Origin: Candidatus Cloacimonadia bacterium
Lineage (GTDB): Bacteria > Cloacimonadota > Cloacimonadia > JGIOTU-2 > JBNGDW01
Direction of reading: 5' to 3'
NCBI GenBank assembly: GCA_049975325.1
Contig: JBNGDW010000060.1
Location: 1 to 10,687, forward strand
DNA: 10,687 bases
In this document: one piece after another, positions 1 to 7,957 of the stretch
How positions within the stretch are numbered: position 1 is the first letter of the stretch
Layout: each line of letters begins with the position of its first letter
Program-made: the position numbers and the translations under genes
The notes under the pieces: model-generated
Database searches by the model: none
Told to the model about the DNA's origin: nothing
What the model saw: only the letters and a program-made list of their open reading frames with translations

Positions 1-100
1 CAATATGACAAACTCACTTATAAAAGATGGCTTTATAGTTCCACCTCCACAAGAGATGCTACAGGAATCGATTAAATGGGCAATTGAACAGGTTTCATAA
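1..100 (+). CDS. Possible 3' end of an upstream gene that begins outside the window. Frame 2 is open from the window edge to TAA at 98-100 and reads ...NMTNSLIKDGFIVPPPQEMLQESIKWAIEQVS*. Product unknown.
   Basis: Manual translation: frame 2 is open for 33 codons with protein-like composition and stops at 98-100. Frame 1 stops at 73-75 and frame 3 at 6-8. The fragment is too short to assign a family. Confidence 0.25.
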   Translation, partial: NMTNSLIKDGFIVPPPQEMLQESIKWAIEQVS

Positions 101-220
101 AATCTGCATCTGAATTCCAAAATCCGCATATAGAGCAGAATCTTTTTCTGAAGCTGTAGTAAATTAAAGCCTTCGTAGCGGAGAAAGTTACAGCTTAGTA
201 GGCCCCTTTTGCACTTTTGT

Positions 221-249
221 TTGACCTACTTAAAAAGCAGCAATAAATT
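221..249 (+). promoter_or_regulatory. Candidate sigma70-type promoter for the HtrA gene: TTGACC (221-226), 17-nt spacer, TAAATT (244-249).
   Basis: The -35 box matches consensus 5/6 and the -10 box 4/6, with 17-nt spacing, about 30 nt upstream of the SD and start. This is sequence-pattern evidence only. Confidence 0.25.
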
Positions 250-282
250 GTCTGTATCTTTGGACCTATTATGAGAGGAAGG

Positions 283-1524
283 ATGAAAACCAAAAATATC
301 ATAATATTCGGAATCATTGTAGTTCTCTTAAATTTCGGAATTACCACATATCTGATACAGAAATACGATGCAGCGAGGTCAACCCAGCAGGTACTGGAAG
401 TATTGAGCAGCAGGCCTGTAATGGAAAGGCCAATTGCAGACTCTTCCTCAATCAGGGATACACAGTTGACAAAACCCCTACCTCAATTTGCCGTCTCACG
501 CGAGAATGCAATTACAAATGCGGTGAATTTGGTACAATCATCAGTTGTAAGTGTCAATGTCGTGAAAACGGAAGTGGTACAGGCTGATCCATTTGGTTCA
601 CTATTTTTTGATTTTTGGGGTGGATTTTTCCCCCGCCAATATGAAAGAAGAGTTGAAAGTCTGGGCTCAGGTGTAATTATTAGTGAGGATGGCTACATCA
701 TTACAAATAGCCATGTTGTAGAAGGTGCTACAGAAATAAAAGTAATCTGTCCAGATGGCAGCAATTTTGATGCGGAGCTTATCGGAAGCGACGCCATAAA
801 CGATGTCGCTGTGCTTAAAATAAATGGGAAACATCTTCCTTTTGCCAAACTTGGGAACTCTGATAATATCATTATAGGTGAATGGGCAATCGCCCTGGGA
901 AATCCTTTCGGTTTCGTTATGAAAGACCCCAGACCCACTGTAACCGTTGGCGTGATTTCAGCAATGGACAGAAACTTCCATATACAAGAGGATAATAAAG
1001 TCTACAAAAAAATGATTCAAACAGATGCAGCTATAAATCCTGGTAATAGTGGGGGGCCTCTCGTCAATATTAACGGCGAGGTCATTGGAATTAATTCATT
1101 CATCTTTACAAAAAGTGGCGGCAGTTTAGGTATTGGATTTGCAATTCCGATAAATCGAGTACGAGGCATTGCCCGGGAAATTATCACCTATGGAGGAATA
1201 CGCCCAATCTGGTTCGGTTTCAAAGTTCAGGATATAACCCCAGCAATTGCATATGGCCTTGGATTAGAAACCACAAAAGGAGTAATCGTATCATATATTG
1301 ATGAAGGAGGTCCGGCAGAGAAAGCAGGACTTAAGCGCGGGGATATCATCATAAAAATAAATGACGAGATTGTGGAAGATGCTGACGATGCAGAAATTGC
1401 TGTCTCTGATCTGAAAATTGGAGAAGAAGTAAAGTTGGTAATTATCAAAAATGGTGAGGAAAAGACTCTTACATTAATCCCTCAAGAATATAAAGACAAA
1501 CCAAGCTCTTTCTTCAAACTATAA
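283..1524 (+). CDS. htrA: HtrA/DegP/DegQ-family periplasmic serine endoprotease (S1C trypsin-like domain plus one C-terminal PDZ domain) with an N-terminal membrane anchor.
   Basis: The catalytic triad is in canonical context: His in ITNSHVVEGA, Asp in DVAVLKI, Ser in GNSGGPLVN. A PDZ-like segment (GVIVSYIDEGGPAEKAGLKRGDIIIKIND) follows the protease domain. The N-terminus is a hydrophobic signal-anchor (IIIFGIIVVLLNFGITTYLI). The longest ORF starts at ATG 271, but the in-frame ATG at 283 is immediately preceded by AGAGGAAGG (273-282), so 283 is the likelier start (product MKTKN...). Confidence 0.9.
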   Translation: MKTKNIIIFGIIVVLLNFGITTYLIQKYDAARSTQQVLEVLSSRPVMERPIADSSSIRDTQLTKPLPQFAVSRENAITNAVNLVQSSVVSVNVVKTEVVQADPFGSLFFDFWGGFFPRQYERRVESLGSGVIISEDGYIITNSHVVEGATEIKVICPDGSNFDAELIGSDAINDVAVLKINGKHLPFAKLGNSDNIIIGEWAIALGNPFGFVMKDPRPTVTVGVISAMDRNFHIQEDNKVYKKMIQTDAAINPGNSGGPLVNINGEVIGINSFIFTKSGGSLGIGFAIPINRVRGIAREIITYGGIRPIWFGFKVQDITPAIAYGLGLETTKGVIVSYIDEGGPAEKAGLKRGDIIIKINDEIVEDADDAEIAVSDLKIGEEVKLVIIKNGEEKTLTLIPQEYKDKPSSFFKL

Positions 1525-1560
1525 TATTCTTCCCCATTCTAAAGACCTTCTTGAGACAGT

Positions 1561-3111
1561 ATGGATAAAAAGAAAGAGAGCCTAACCAAAAATGTAGGGA
1601 AAATCTCAACCGGGACATTTCTTAGTCGGATTTCAGGACTGCTTCGTGATATCACGATTACACATTTTCTTGGCGCCACATGGGTAGCCGACAGCTTTGG
1701 AGTTGCTTTTGTTATCCCCAATATGCTTCGTGGACTTTTTGGCGAAGGAGCCCTTTCAGCTGCCTTTATACCGCTCTATATAGAATTTAAAGAGAAAAAA
1801 ACTAAAAAAGAAACTATACAATTTGCTCTAAATATACTCTCATTAGTTCTAATCGTTCTGATAATCTTAGTTCTTTTAGGTATTCTTCTCACTCCCATAA
1901 TTGTGCGTATTATCGCGCCAGGTTTTGAAGCCCAGGCACGAGAGTTAACAATATCACTAACACGAGTCTTATTCCCCTATCTACTCCTTATTGGACTTAC
2001 CTCAACTAGTATTGCCATACTTAATGCTCATTCTATATTTTTCTTTCCCTCCTTTTCTCCTGCTCTCTTTAATCTCGGTATTATTCTGCCTGTGGTGATC
2101 CATTCCATTATATTTAAATCAACATTGGAGCAGAAAGTCTACATATTTACTGCCGGAGTATTAATTGGTGGGCTCTGCCAACTGCTGATGAATCTACCAC
2201 TTCTTAAAAAGGTCGGTTACCGCCTAAAATTCTATCTCAATCTAAAACAGAAAGAAATCTCTCAAGTATGGAAAAGAATGATCCCTGGGATAATCGGCTT
2301 GGGTATACGGGAAGTAAATGTGGTTGTGGACACCCTTCTTGCCTCCTTTCTGGTTACAGGGAGTGTGGCTGCGCTCCAGTATGGTAACCGCCTTATGCAG
2401 TTGCCTCTTGGCGTATTCGGTATAGCGGTTGGTACCGCTGCTCTGCCCCTCTTTTCCAAACAAACCGCTACTAATAAAACTGATGAGCTAAAAGCCTCGG
2501 TTCAAGATGCGCTGAATCTTATCCTTTTGATTATGATTCCCATAACCGTTCTCATTATTGTCATAGGAAAAGATGCAATTGCTCTTGTCTATCTCCACGG
2601 CAGATTTGACCAGACAGCTCTGAGGATGACATATTCCGCCCTTGTTTTCTACTCTCTTGGGCTCGTCTCGCACAGTTGTGTAAGAATCTTTGCTCCAACC
2701 TTTTTTGCCCTAAAAGACACAAAAACTCCTGTTAAAATTGCTGTAATAGCAGCTATCTGCAATATTCTGTTAGATTTGATACTAATAAGATTCCTACAAC
2801 TTCGTGGGCTTGCTCTGGCAACATCGCTTGCTGCAACTATTCAGGGTATCTTTCTATACATTCTGATAAATAACAGAATAGGTCGGCTTAACTTTAAAGC
2901 CCTGTTTATCAATACAGTTAAAATACTTATCATCTCGTGCATAATTGGTTGGGTTGCCCACTTTCTAAGCCAGGTGGCTATACCGTGGCAGCTAAATGAA
3001 AAACTACTTTTACTGATTAGACTGCTAATTATTATCTGCGTCTCGAGTTTGCTTTACTGGGCAGGACTCCATCTCTTTAATGTTAAGTCAAAGCGATTGC
3101 TAAGATTGTAA
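1561..3111 (+). CDS. murJ: Lipid II flippase MurJ (MviN), a polytopic peptidoglycan-precursor flippase of the MOP superfamily.
   Basis: The N-terminal region matches the conserved MurJ signature: ...LSRISGLLRDITITHFLGATWVADSFGVAFVIPNMLRGLFGEGALSAAFIPLY (compare E. coli [20 protein letters not shown]...[30 protein letters not shown]). The 516-aa protein has about 14 hydrophobic segments. Weak SD GAGACAG precedes the ATG. Confidence 0.92.
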   Translation: MDKKKESLTKNVGKISTGTFLSRISGLLRDITITHFLGATWVADSFGVAFVIPNMLRGLFGEGALSAAFIPLYIEFKEKKTKKETIQFALNILSLVLIVLIILVLLGILLTPIIVRIIAPGFEAQARELTISLTRVLFPYLLLIGLTSTSIAILNAHSIFFFPSFSPALFNLGIILPVVIHSIIFKSTLEQKVYIFTAGVLIGGLCQLLMNLPLLKKVGYRLKFYLNLKQKEISQVWKRMIPGIIGLGIREVNVVVDTLLASFLVTGSVAALQYGNRLMQLPLGVFGIAVGTAALPLFSKQTATNKTDELKASVQDALNLILLIMIPITVLIIVIGKDAIALVYLHGRFDQTALRMTYSALVFYSLGLVSHSCVRIFAPTFFALKDTKTPVKIAVIAAICNILLDLILIRFLQLRGLALATSLAATIQGIFLYILINNRIGRLNFKALFINTVKILIISCIIGWVAHFLSQVAIPWQLNEKLLLLIRLLIIICVSSLLYWAGLHLFNVKSKRLLRL

Positions 3112-3170
3112 AACAGCGATCCTTCCACCAAATTGTCAATTGTAAAGATTTACTTATACTATAAATCATA

Positions 3171-4988
3171 ATGACAACAGGTAACAAAATTCAGAACAAA
3201 CTAAAACTTCTCCCAGAGAATCCCGGAGTCTATCTTATGAAAAACGATTCCGGAAAAATAATATATGTTGGAAAATCAAAGAATCTAAAAAAGAGAGTAT
3301 CTTCTTACTTTACCAAAAATCAAGAGTTCCCCCAAAAACAAATCATGGTATCACAAATAAAGGATTTTGATTATATAGTTACAAGAAACGAGGTTGAGTC
3401 CCTGATTCTTGAGGCAAATTTGATAAAACAATATAAGCCTCGCTTTAATGTCGCTCTAAAGGATGATAAAAAATATCCATATATAAAGATTGATATCAAA
3501 AATCCCTTCCCGCGGGCTATAGTGACTCGTAGAATTCAATCTGATGGCTCAAAGTACTTCGGTCCCTATACAGAAGCGCATTCAATCAGAAATACCCTTA
3601 ATACATTGGAAAAAATCTTCCGACTCCGTACATGCACTCGGGACATCCCCAAAAATAACAAACAAAACCCATTTCAAAGACCCTGTTTGAACTTTCAAAT
3701 TAACAAATGCGATGCTCCCTGTATAGGCAATATTGATTATCCTACATATCAGAAGAAAATCCAGCAGGTTATACTCTTTCTTCGTGGGAATACAGAGGCT
3801 GTAATATCCGAATTGCAAAAAGAGATGAAGAAAGCAGCAGAAGCCACCAATTTTGAAGAAGCAGCAAAACTACGCGACCAGATACAAGAAATCCAGCGAA
3901 TTTCAACTAAACAGGTTGTTACAAAACTTGTTAGAGAAAATTTAGACGCAATAGGTATCTCCCAAGAGGAAAAACTTTGTTGTGTTGTCTTGTTAAAAGT
4001 ACGGGAAGGGCGACTTATCAAAAAAGAACATTACTTTCTAGAACATGCTGAAGATGAAGCGATAGAATTTATTCTTGCTCGATTTATCCCGCAATATTAT
4101 ACTCAACAAGAGGATATCCCCAAAAAGATTCTGGTAAATACGATACCAGAAGATGTAGACCTTATTGCACAATGGTTACACACAGAGTTTGTTGTTCCTC
4201 ACCGTGGTGATAAATATCAACTTCTAAAGATGGCTAATCAAAATGCATTTATGCAACTTGATGAAAAAAGGCTATCTCATTTGAAATCGACCTATCGGAC
4301 AGTATTTGTCGTGAAGGAGCTAAAAGATGCTCTCCATCTTTCAACATTTCCCAGAAAAATCGCAGCCTTTGATGTCTCCAATCTGCAAGGGAAAGAGGCG
4401 GTTGCATCAATGGTGTTTTTTGATAATGGAAAACCAAAAAAGAGTCAATACAGAAGATATAAAATAAAAAATGTACGAGGCATAAACGATTATGAAATGA
4501 TCGAGGAGGCTGTTACTCGTTATCTTTCACACCTTGATGAAGAAAATGTAGAAGAGCCGGATATGATTTTAATAGATGGGGGTAAGGGACAACTTGCCTT
4601 TGCACAAAAAGCCTTAAAAAAATATCACTATGACATCTCCCTCTTCGCCATTGCAAAAAGGCTGGAAGAGGTATTTACCGTAGGGCAAAAAGAACCAATT
4701 GTTATCGCTCGTACTTCTCAAGCATTAAGATTGCTGCAAAGGATTCGAGATGAAGCACATAGATTCGCAATAACCTATCACAAGACACTCAGGGACAGGA
4801 AGACCTCTTTTTCGGAATTGGATAGCATACCTGGAATTGGAGAAAAAAGGAAGCTCCTGTTGCTCAAGAAGTTTCATTCAGTTGTAGAAATTAAAAAGGC
4901 ATCAGTAGAGGAGTTAGAAGAAGCCCCTGGCATCAGCAAGAAACTAGCCAAAATTATCTACGCCCATTTACACAAAACCCCTGCATAA
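3171..4988 (+). CDS. uvrC: Excinuclease ABC subunit C (UvrC).
   Basis: GIY-YIG nuclease motif at the N-terminus (PGVYLMKNDSGKIIYVGKSKNLKKRVSSYF). UVR domain (FEEAAKLRDQIQEIQ). C-terminal tandem helix-hairpin-helix (IPGIGEKRKLLLLKKF...LEEAPGISKKLAKII). Length 605 aa is typical. There is no obvious SD, so the gene is probably co-transcribed with murJ or uses a leader-poor start. A weak TTGTCA-16-TATACT element lies at 3133-3160. Confidence 0.95.
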   Translation: MTTGNKIQNKLKLLPENPGVYLMKNDSGKIIYVGKSKNLKKRVSSYFTKNQEFPQKQIMVSQIKDFDYIVTRNEVESLILEANLIKQYKPRFNVALKDDKKYPYIKIDIKNPFPRAIVTRRIQSDGSKYFGPYTEAHSIRNTLNTLEKIFRLRTCTRDIPKNNKQNPFQRPCLNFQINKCDAPCIGNIDYPTYQKKIQQVILFLRGNTEAVISELQKEMKKAAEATNFEEAAKLRDQIQEIQRISTKQVVTKLVRENLDAIGISQEEKLCCVVLLKVREGRLIKKEHYFLEHAEDEAIEFILARFIPQYYTQQEDIPKKILVNTIPEDVDLIAQWLHTEFVVPHRGDKYQLLKMANQNAFMQLDEKRLSHLKSTYRTVFVVKELKDALHLSTFPRKIAAFDVSNLQGKEAVASMVFFDNGKPKKSQYRRYKIKNVRGINDYEMIEEAVTRYLSHLDEENVEEPDMILIDGGKGQLAFAQKALKKYHYDISLFAIAKRLEEVFTVGQKEPIVIARTSQALRLLQRIRDEAHRFAITYHKTLRDRKTSFSELDSIPGIGEKRKLLLLKKFHSVVEIKKASVEELEEAPGISKKLAKIIYAHLHKTPA

Positions 4989-5006
4989 TGAGATGTTATG
5001 CAGGGG
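4978..5006. terminator. Perfect hairpin between convergent genes: arms CCCCTGCATAA / TTATGCAGGGG (11 bp), loop TGAGATG. Probable bidirectional intrinsic terminator.
   Basis: Seen directly in the sequence. The 5' arm (4978-4988) includes the uvrC stop TAA (4986-4988). On the minus strand the hairpin is followed at once by TTTTGTG (reverse complement of 4972-4977...), which fits a Rho-independent terminator for the purC-RR-ORF117 transcript. On the plus strand a T-run (TCTTTTGT) begins about 13 nt downstream. Confidence 0.6.
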
Positions 5007-5032
5007 CCAATGGCTTGGTCTTTTGTCCTAAA

Positions 5033-5386
5033 TTATGTAGAGTGGGTAGAGATATCTTTAAGACTTCGCTCTTCTAAACCCTCAAATTTCCTTTCCTTAA
5101 AAGTTACCTCAGCGCCATCGAACTGTTTTTTTATATCTTCAATTACTTTCTCTGGCTCTTTTGTATGGATAAGTTTAAGATGCTTATAACGATTACATAC
5201 AGTTATTACTGCCTGTGATGGAGCTGTTGAAACCACCAAGTATATAAAATGTAGGTCTTTTCGTTTTTCAAGATAATACTCCATTTTAGGAATATCGTCT
5301 TCTGTAAGTTTATCAGCATAAACAAATGCTATAATCTTCTTATGGCTTTTGGGGGAGACTTTACTTCTTGTTAGTCGGTGCTTCAT
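5033..5386 (-). CDS. Hypothetical 117-aa soluble protein with alternating beta/alpha-like pattern. No recognisable family. Translationally coupled to the upstream receiver-domain gene.
   Basis: The start ATG (5384-5386) overlaps the receiver gene's stop TGA (5383-5385) in an ATGA arrangement. A consensus SD AGGAGG lies 4 nt upstream (reverse complement of 5391-5396). The ORF ends 26 nt before the terminator hairpin. The N-terminus is basic (MKHRLTRSKVSPKSHKK), followed by hydrophobic strands alternating with helix-like segments (IIAFVYAD / LTEDDIPKMEYYLEKRK / HFIYLVVS / AVITVCNRY / LKLIH / EKVIEDIKKQF). I found no catalytic or binding motif. Confidence 0.6.
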   Translation of the reverse strand: MKHRLTRSKVSPKSHKKIIAFVYADKLTEDDIPKMEYYLEKRKDLHFIYLVVSTAPSQAVITVCNRYKHLKLIHTKEPEKVIEDIKKQFDGAEVTFKERKFEGLEERSLKDISTHST

Positions 5387-5766
5387 AGGTCCTCCTGATT
5401 TTTATTTTTTAATGTACTACTGATTTTATCGAGTAATTCTTTTGTCTCAAACGGTTTAAAAATTATATCATGAAGTCCATTTCGCTTTGCTTTCACCAGA
5501 ACATGACCAGGATCATAGCCAAATCCTGTCATCATAATAATCGGCACCTTGTCATTAAAATTTCTTATTTGGGAATACAATTCATAGCCGTCCATATCAG
5601 GCATAGCAATATCACACAGGATAAGGTCTATCTTTTCCTCGCGGAGATTCTGGATTGCATCAAATCCATTATCAGTAGTTATAACATGGAAATTATACTT
5701 TTCCAATTGCCATTTTAGATAATCCAGTGTATCTCGTTCGTCATCAACTATAAGAATAGTATGCAC
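5383..5766 (-). CDS. Stand-alone response-regulator receiver-domain protein (CheY-like, 127 aa, no output domain).
   Basis: All receiver hallmarks are present: acidic pair in ILIVDDERD, phospho-acceptor Asp in DLILCDIAMPDMDG, conserved Thr in IIMMTGF, conserved Lys in IIFKPF. Nothing follows the receiver fold. The start appears to be GTG (5764-5766), whose G is shared with the purC stop TAG (5766-5768). Only a weak SD (GGGAAAAAG) is present. Confidence 0.85.
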   Translation of the reverse strand: MHTILIVDDERDTLDYLKWQLEKYNFHVITTDNGFDAIQNLREEKIDLILCDIAMPDMDGYELYSQIRNFNDKVPIIMMTGFGYDPGHVLVKAKRNGLHDIIFKPFETKELLDKISSTLKNKNQEDL

Positions 5767-6644
5767 TATAAAAGCTTTTTCCCAGTAATTTTTTGGAAAG
5801 CAAGTAGGTAGCGTTCCCGAGTTTTATCGATAATAAGGGGTGGTAAAGGAAGCATATCTTCTGACACTTCCCCCCTTAGACCTTGACCAACTCCTTTTTT
5901 TGCCAGATAATCACGAACAAACTGCTTATCATAACTTTTCGGAGTGGTGCCGATTTGGTAAGTCGCCTTATCCCAAAATCGTGATGAATCAGGGGTAAGG
6001 AGCTCGTCAATTAGAATAAGTTCTCCATCAACAATACCAAATTCAAATTTTGTATCCGCGAGAATAATATCGCGTTTCAAAAGATAGTTGTGCGCGTAGT
6101 TATAGATTTTCAGGCTCACCTCCTTAAGCTTATTAGCAATCTCTTCGCCTGTGGCTTTTTTTAAGGAAGAAAAATCAATATTCTCATCATGTCCAATGTC
6201 TGCTTTTGTAGAAGGAGTAAAAAGAGGTTCAGGTAGAGGTGCCGATTCCCTTAATCTTGCCGGTAGATTTATGCCACAAACCTTACCGGTAGCCTCATAA
6301 TCTCGCCAGGCAGAGCCAGTAATATATCCTCGCACAATAAATTCAAATGGAAGTCTTTCGGCCTTCTTCACAAGCATCGAACGAAGGTTAAAGTTATCAA
6401 TCTGTACCTGAAAATACTCTGGAAAATCATCTACATTATCAGATATAAAATGATTGGAAATTATCGGTTCGGTCTCTTTAAACCAAAATTTCGAAAGTTG
6501 GGTAAGCACTTTCCCTTTGTCTGGAATTTCACAAGGAAGTACATAATCAAAAGCCGAGATTCTATCAGAGGCTACTATAACCAGTTTATCGCCGAGATCA
6601 TAGATATCTCGAACTTTGCCTTTTTTTATTGGGTATTCCTCCAT
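5766..6644 (-). CDS. purC: Phosphoribosylaminoimidazole-succinocarboxamide (SAICAR) synthase PurC.
   Basis: The N-terminal SAICAR-synthetase signature KGKVRDIYDLGDKLVIVASDRISAFD matches the E. coli PurC pattern (GKVRD.Y......L...TDR.SAFD). Length 292 aa is typical. SD AGAGGA abuts the ATG. Confidence 0.93.
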   Translation of the reverse strand: MEEYPIKKGKVRDIYDLGDKLVIVASDRISAFDYVLPCEIPDKGKVLTQLSKFWFKETEPIISNHFISDNVDDFPEYFQVQIDNFNLRSMLVKKAERLPFEFIVRGYITGSAWRDYEATGKVCGINLPARLRESAPLPEPLFTPSTKADIGHDENIDFSSLKKATGEEIANKLKEVSLKIYNYAHNYLLKRDIILADTKFEFGIVDGELILIDELLTPDSSRFWDKATYQIGTTPKSYDKQFVRDYLAKKGVGQGLRGEVSEDMLPLPPLIIDKTRERYLLAFQKITGKKLL

Positions 6645-6677
6645 TCCTCTTCAAAAATTTTATCATGGGCATTTTCA

Positions 6678-7085
6678 TCAGGAAATTATCTTATATTCAT
6701 ATGAAATAGGAACGCTTTTTTTAAGCATCACATATACCGGGCAATACCTTGATTCTGTTAATTCAATGGCGCGCTCCAATTTACTCTTATCCACATTGCC
6801 ATACACTTTGTATATAATATGAATAGATGTAAATACCTTAGGGTGTTCCTCGGCTATATCCGCTTTTGCAGTAACAACAAAGTCATTAAATTGGATACGC
6901 ATCTTTTGCAGTAACGAGACGATGTCCATTCCGGCACAGCCAACAAGTCCCATAAGGATAAGCTCCATCGGGCGAGCTCCTTGTCCATACTTTGCTGATA
7001 TTTTGCTATCGAGTATAATTGCATGATTTGAATCTGATACAGCCTTAAATTGTAATCCCTCAATATGTTTTAACTCTACTTCCAT
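6678..7085 (-). CDS. osmC: OsmC/Ohr-family thiol peroxidase-like protein (135 aa).
   Basis: Both conserved cysteines are in family-typical context (LVGCAGMD and SRYCPVY) and the size is right for the family. It lies 33 nt upstream of purC on the same strand, so it is probably co-transcribed with it. SD-like AGGA motifs lie 10-20 nt upstream inside a small hairpin. Confidence 0.88.
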   Translation of the reverse strand: MEVELKHIEGLQFKAVSDSNHAIILDSKISAKYGQGARPMELILMGLVGCAGMDIVSLLQKMRIQFNDFVVTAKADIAEEHPKVFTSIHIIYKVYGNVDKSKLERAIELTESRYCPVYVMLKKSVPISYEYKIIS

Positions 7086-7130
7086 AAGGCGAAGGAATCC
7101 TTTTCCTTAATAATACTGTCAAGATTTCGT

Positions 7131-7889
7131 CTAATCTTTTTTACTTTCCGTTACTTTCTCCAAGAAAGGTTTAATAAGATCTATCGGCACAGGAAAGATG
7201 ATAGTAGAATTCTTTTCAGCAGAAATATCAGTAAGGGTTTGGAGAAAACGAAGTTGAAGAGAGGATGGGGTTTTACTTAATATCCTTGCCGCTTCTGCTA
7301 GTTTTGTAGATGCTTGCAATTCACCTTCAGCATGAATGATTTTTGCGCGACGTTCTCTTTCTGCTTCGGCCTGACGTGCCATTGCTCTCTGCATAGTAGA
7401 AGGCAATTCAACATCTTTTACCTCCACAACAGAAACCTTTACACCCCATGGGTCTGTTTCCTCATCAATTACTTGCTGTAGTTCCTGGCTAATTTTTTCC
7501 CTTTCTGATAAGAGCTCATCAAGCTGTGACTTCCCAAGTATAGTTCTTAAAGTGGTCTGTGCAATCTGAGATGTAGCAGTAATATAATTTTCCACCTTGA
7601 CTATTGCATCTTCTGGATTAACTACACGGAAGTAAACCACGGCGTTAACAGATACAGGCACATTGTCCTTGGTTATTATATCTTGGGGAGGCACATCCAT
7701 CGTAACTGTTCGTAGCTCTACCTTTACCATCTTATCGATAAACGGTATCAGAATAAAGATACCTGGTCCTTTTGCACGTAACAGTCGCCCTAAACGAAAA
7801 ACTACACCCCGTTCATACTCGCGCACAATTCGTATTGAACGCAAAAGTATGATTACTAGCAAAACTATTACTACAATAAGTATATTCAT
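7131..7889 (-). CDS. SPFH/band-7 domain membrane protein (stomatin/prohibitin-like, slipin family), N-terminally anchored.
   Basis: N-terminal TM helix ([14 protein letters not shown]) followed by a typical stomatin-like core ([67 protein letters not shown]...). The C-terminal region is charged with Ala/Glu-rich coiled-coil character ([24 protein letters not shown]). A strong SD AAGGAG lies 8 nt upstream of the ATG. Confidence 0.88.
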   Translation of the reverse strand: MNILIVVIVLLVIILLRSIRIVREYERGVVFRLGRLLRAKGPGIFILIPFIDKMVKVELRTVTMDVPPQDIITKDNVPVSVNAVVYFRVVNPEDAIVKVENYITATSQIAQTTLRTILGKSQLDELLSEREKISQELQQVIDEETDPWGVKVSVVEVKDVELPSTMQRAMARQAEAERERRAKIIHAEGELQASTKLAEAARILSKTPSSLQLRFLQTLTDISAEKNSTIIFPVPIDLIKPFLEKVTESKKD

Positions 7890-7928
7890 AAAATTCTCCT
7901 TTAAAAATTTTATTTTAGAATAATTCTA

Positions 7929-7957
7929 TTATTAGTCACAAAGAAATATATTGTCAA
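7929..7957 (-). promoter_or_regulatory. Candidate sigma70-type promoter for the SPFH gene (minus strand): TTGACA (7957-7952), 17-nt spacer, TAATAA (7934-7929).
   Basis: The -35 box is perfect and the -10 box matches 4/6, about 40 nt upstream of the SPFH SD, inside the 370-bp AT-rich spacer. This is pattern evidence only. Confidence 0.25.

Noticed and set aside
148-198. 8-bp inverted repeat AAGCTGTA (151-158) / TACAGCTT (189-196) in the htrA upstream region, a possible terminator of the upstream gene or an RNA element.
   Set aside because: The loop is about 30 nt and there is no adjacent T-run. It is a weak, AT-rich stem that is most likely coincidental. No tRNA-like or known ncRNA features were seen.
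693-1448. Antisense ORFs inside htrA (693-938 minus, 1227-1448 minus), plus similar antisense ORFs inside murJ, uvrC, the receiver gene, purC/osmC, the SPFH gene and hppA (for example 2242-2463, 3749-4021, 5470-5718, 6450-6704, 7663-7923, 8471-8674, 9479-9742).
   Set aside because: All of them lie entirely within, and antisense to or out of frame with, genes that have strong family signatures. Their products are low-complexity (Ser/Ile/Phe-rich) and they lack SD sequences. They are the typical shadow ORFs of AT-rich DNA.
5033-5386. Possible TIR-like or KaiB-like relationship of ORF117, based on an N-terminal IIAFVYADKLTEDD...LEKRKDLHFIYL pattern reminiscent of a TIR betaA-alphaA-betaB or a KaiB strand-helix.
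   Set aside because: The resemblance is limited to a generic beta-alpha-beta start. The protein is too short for a TIR domain and lacks the downstream conserved TIR and KaiB motifs. It should not be asserted without a profile or structure search.
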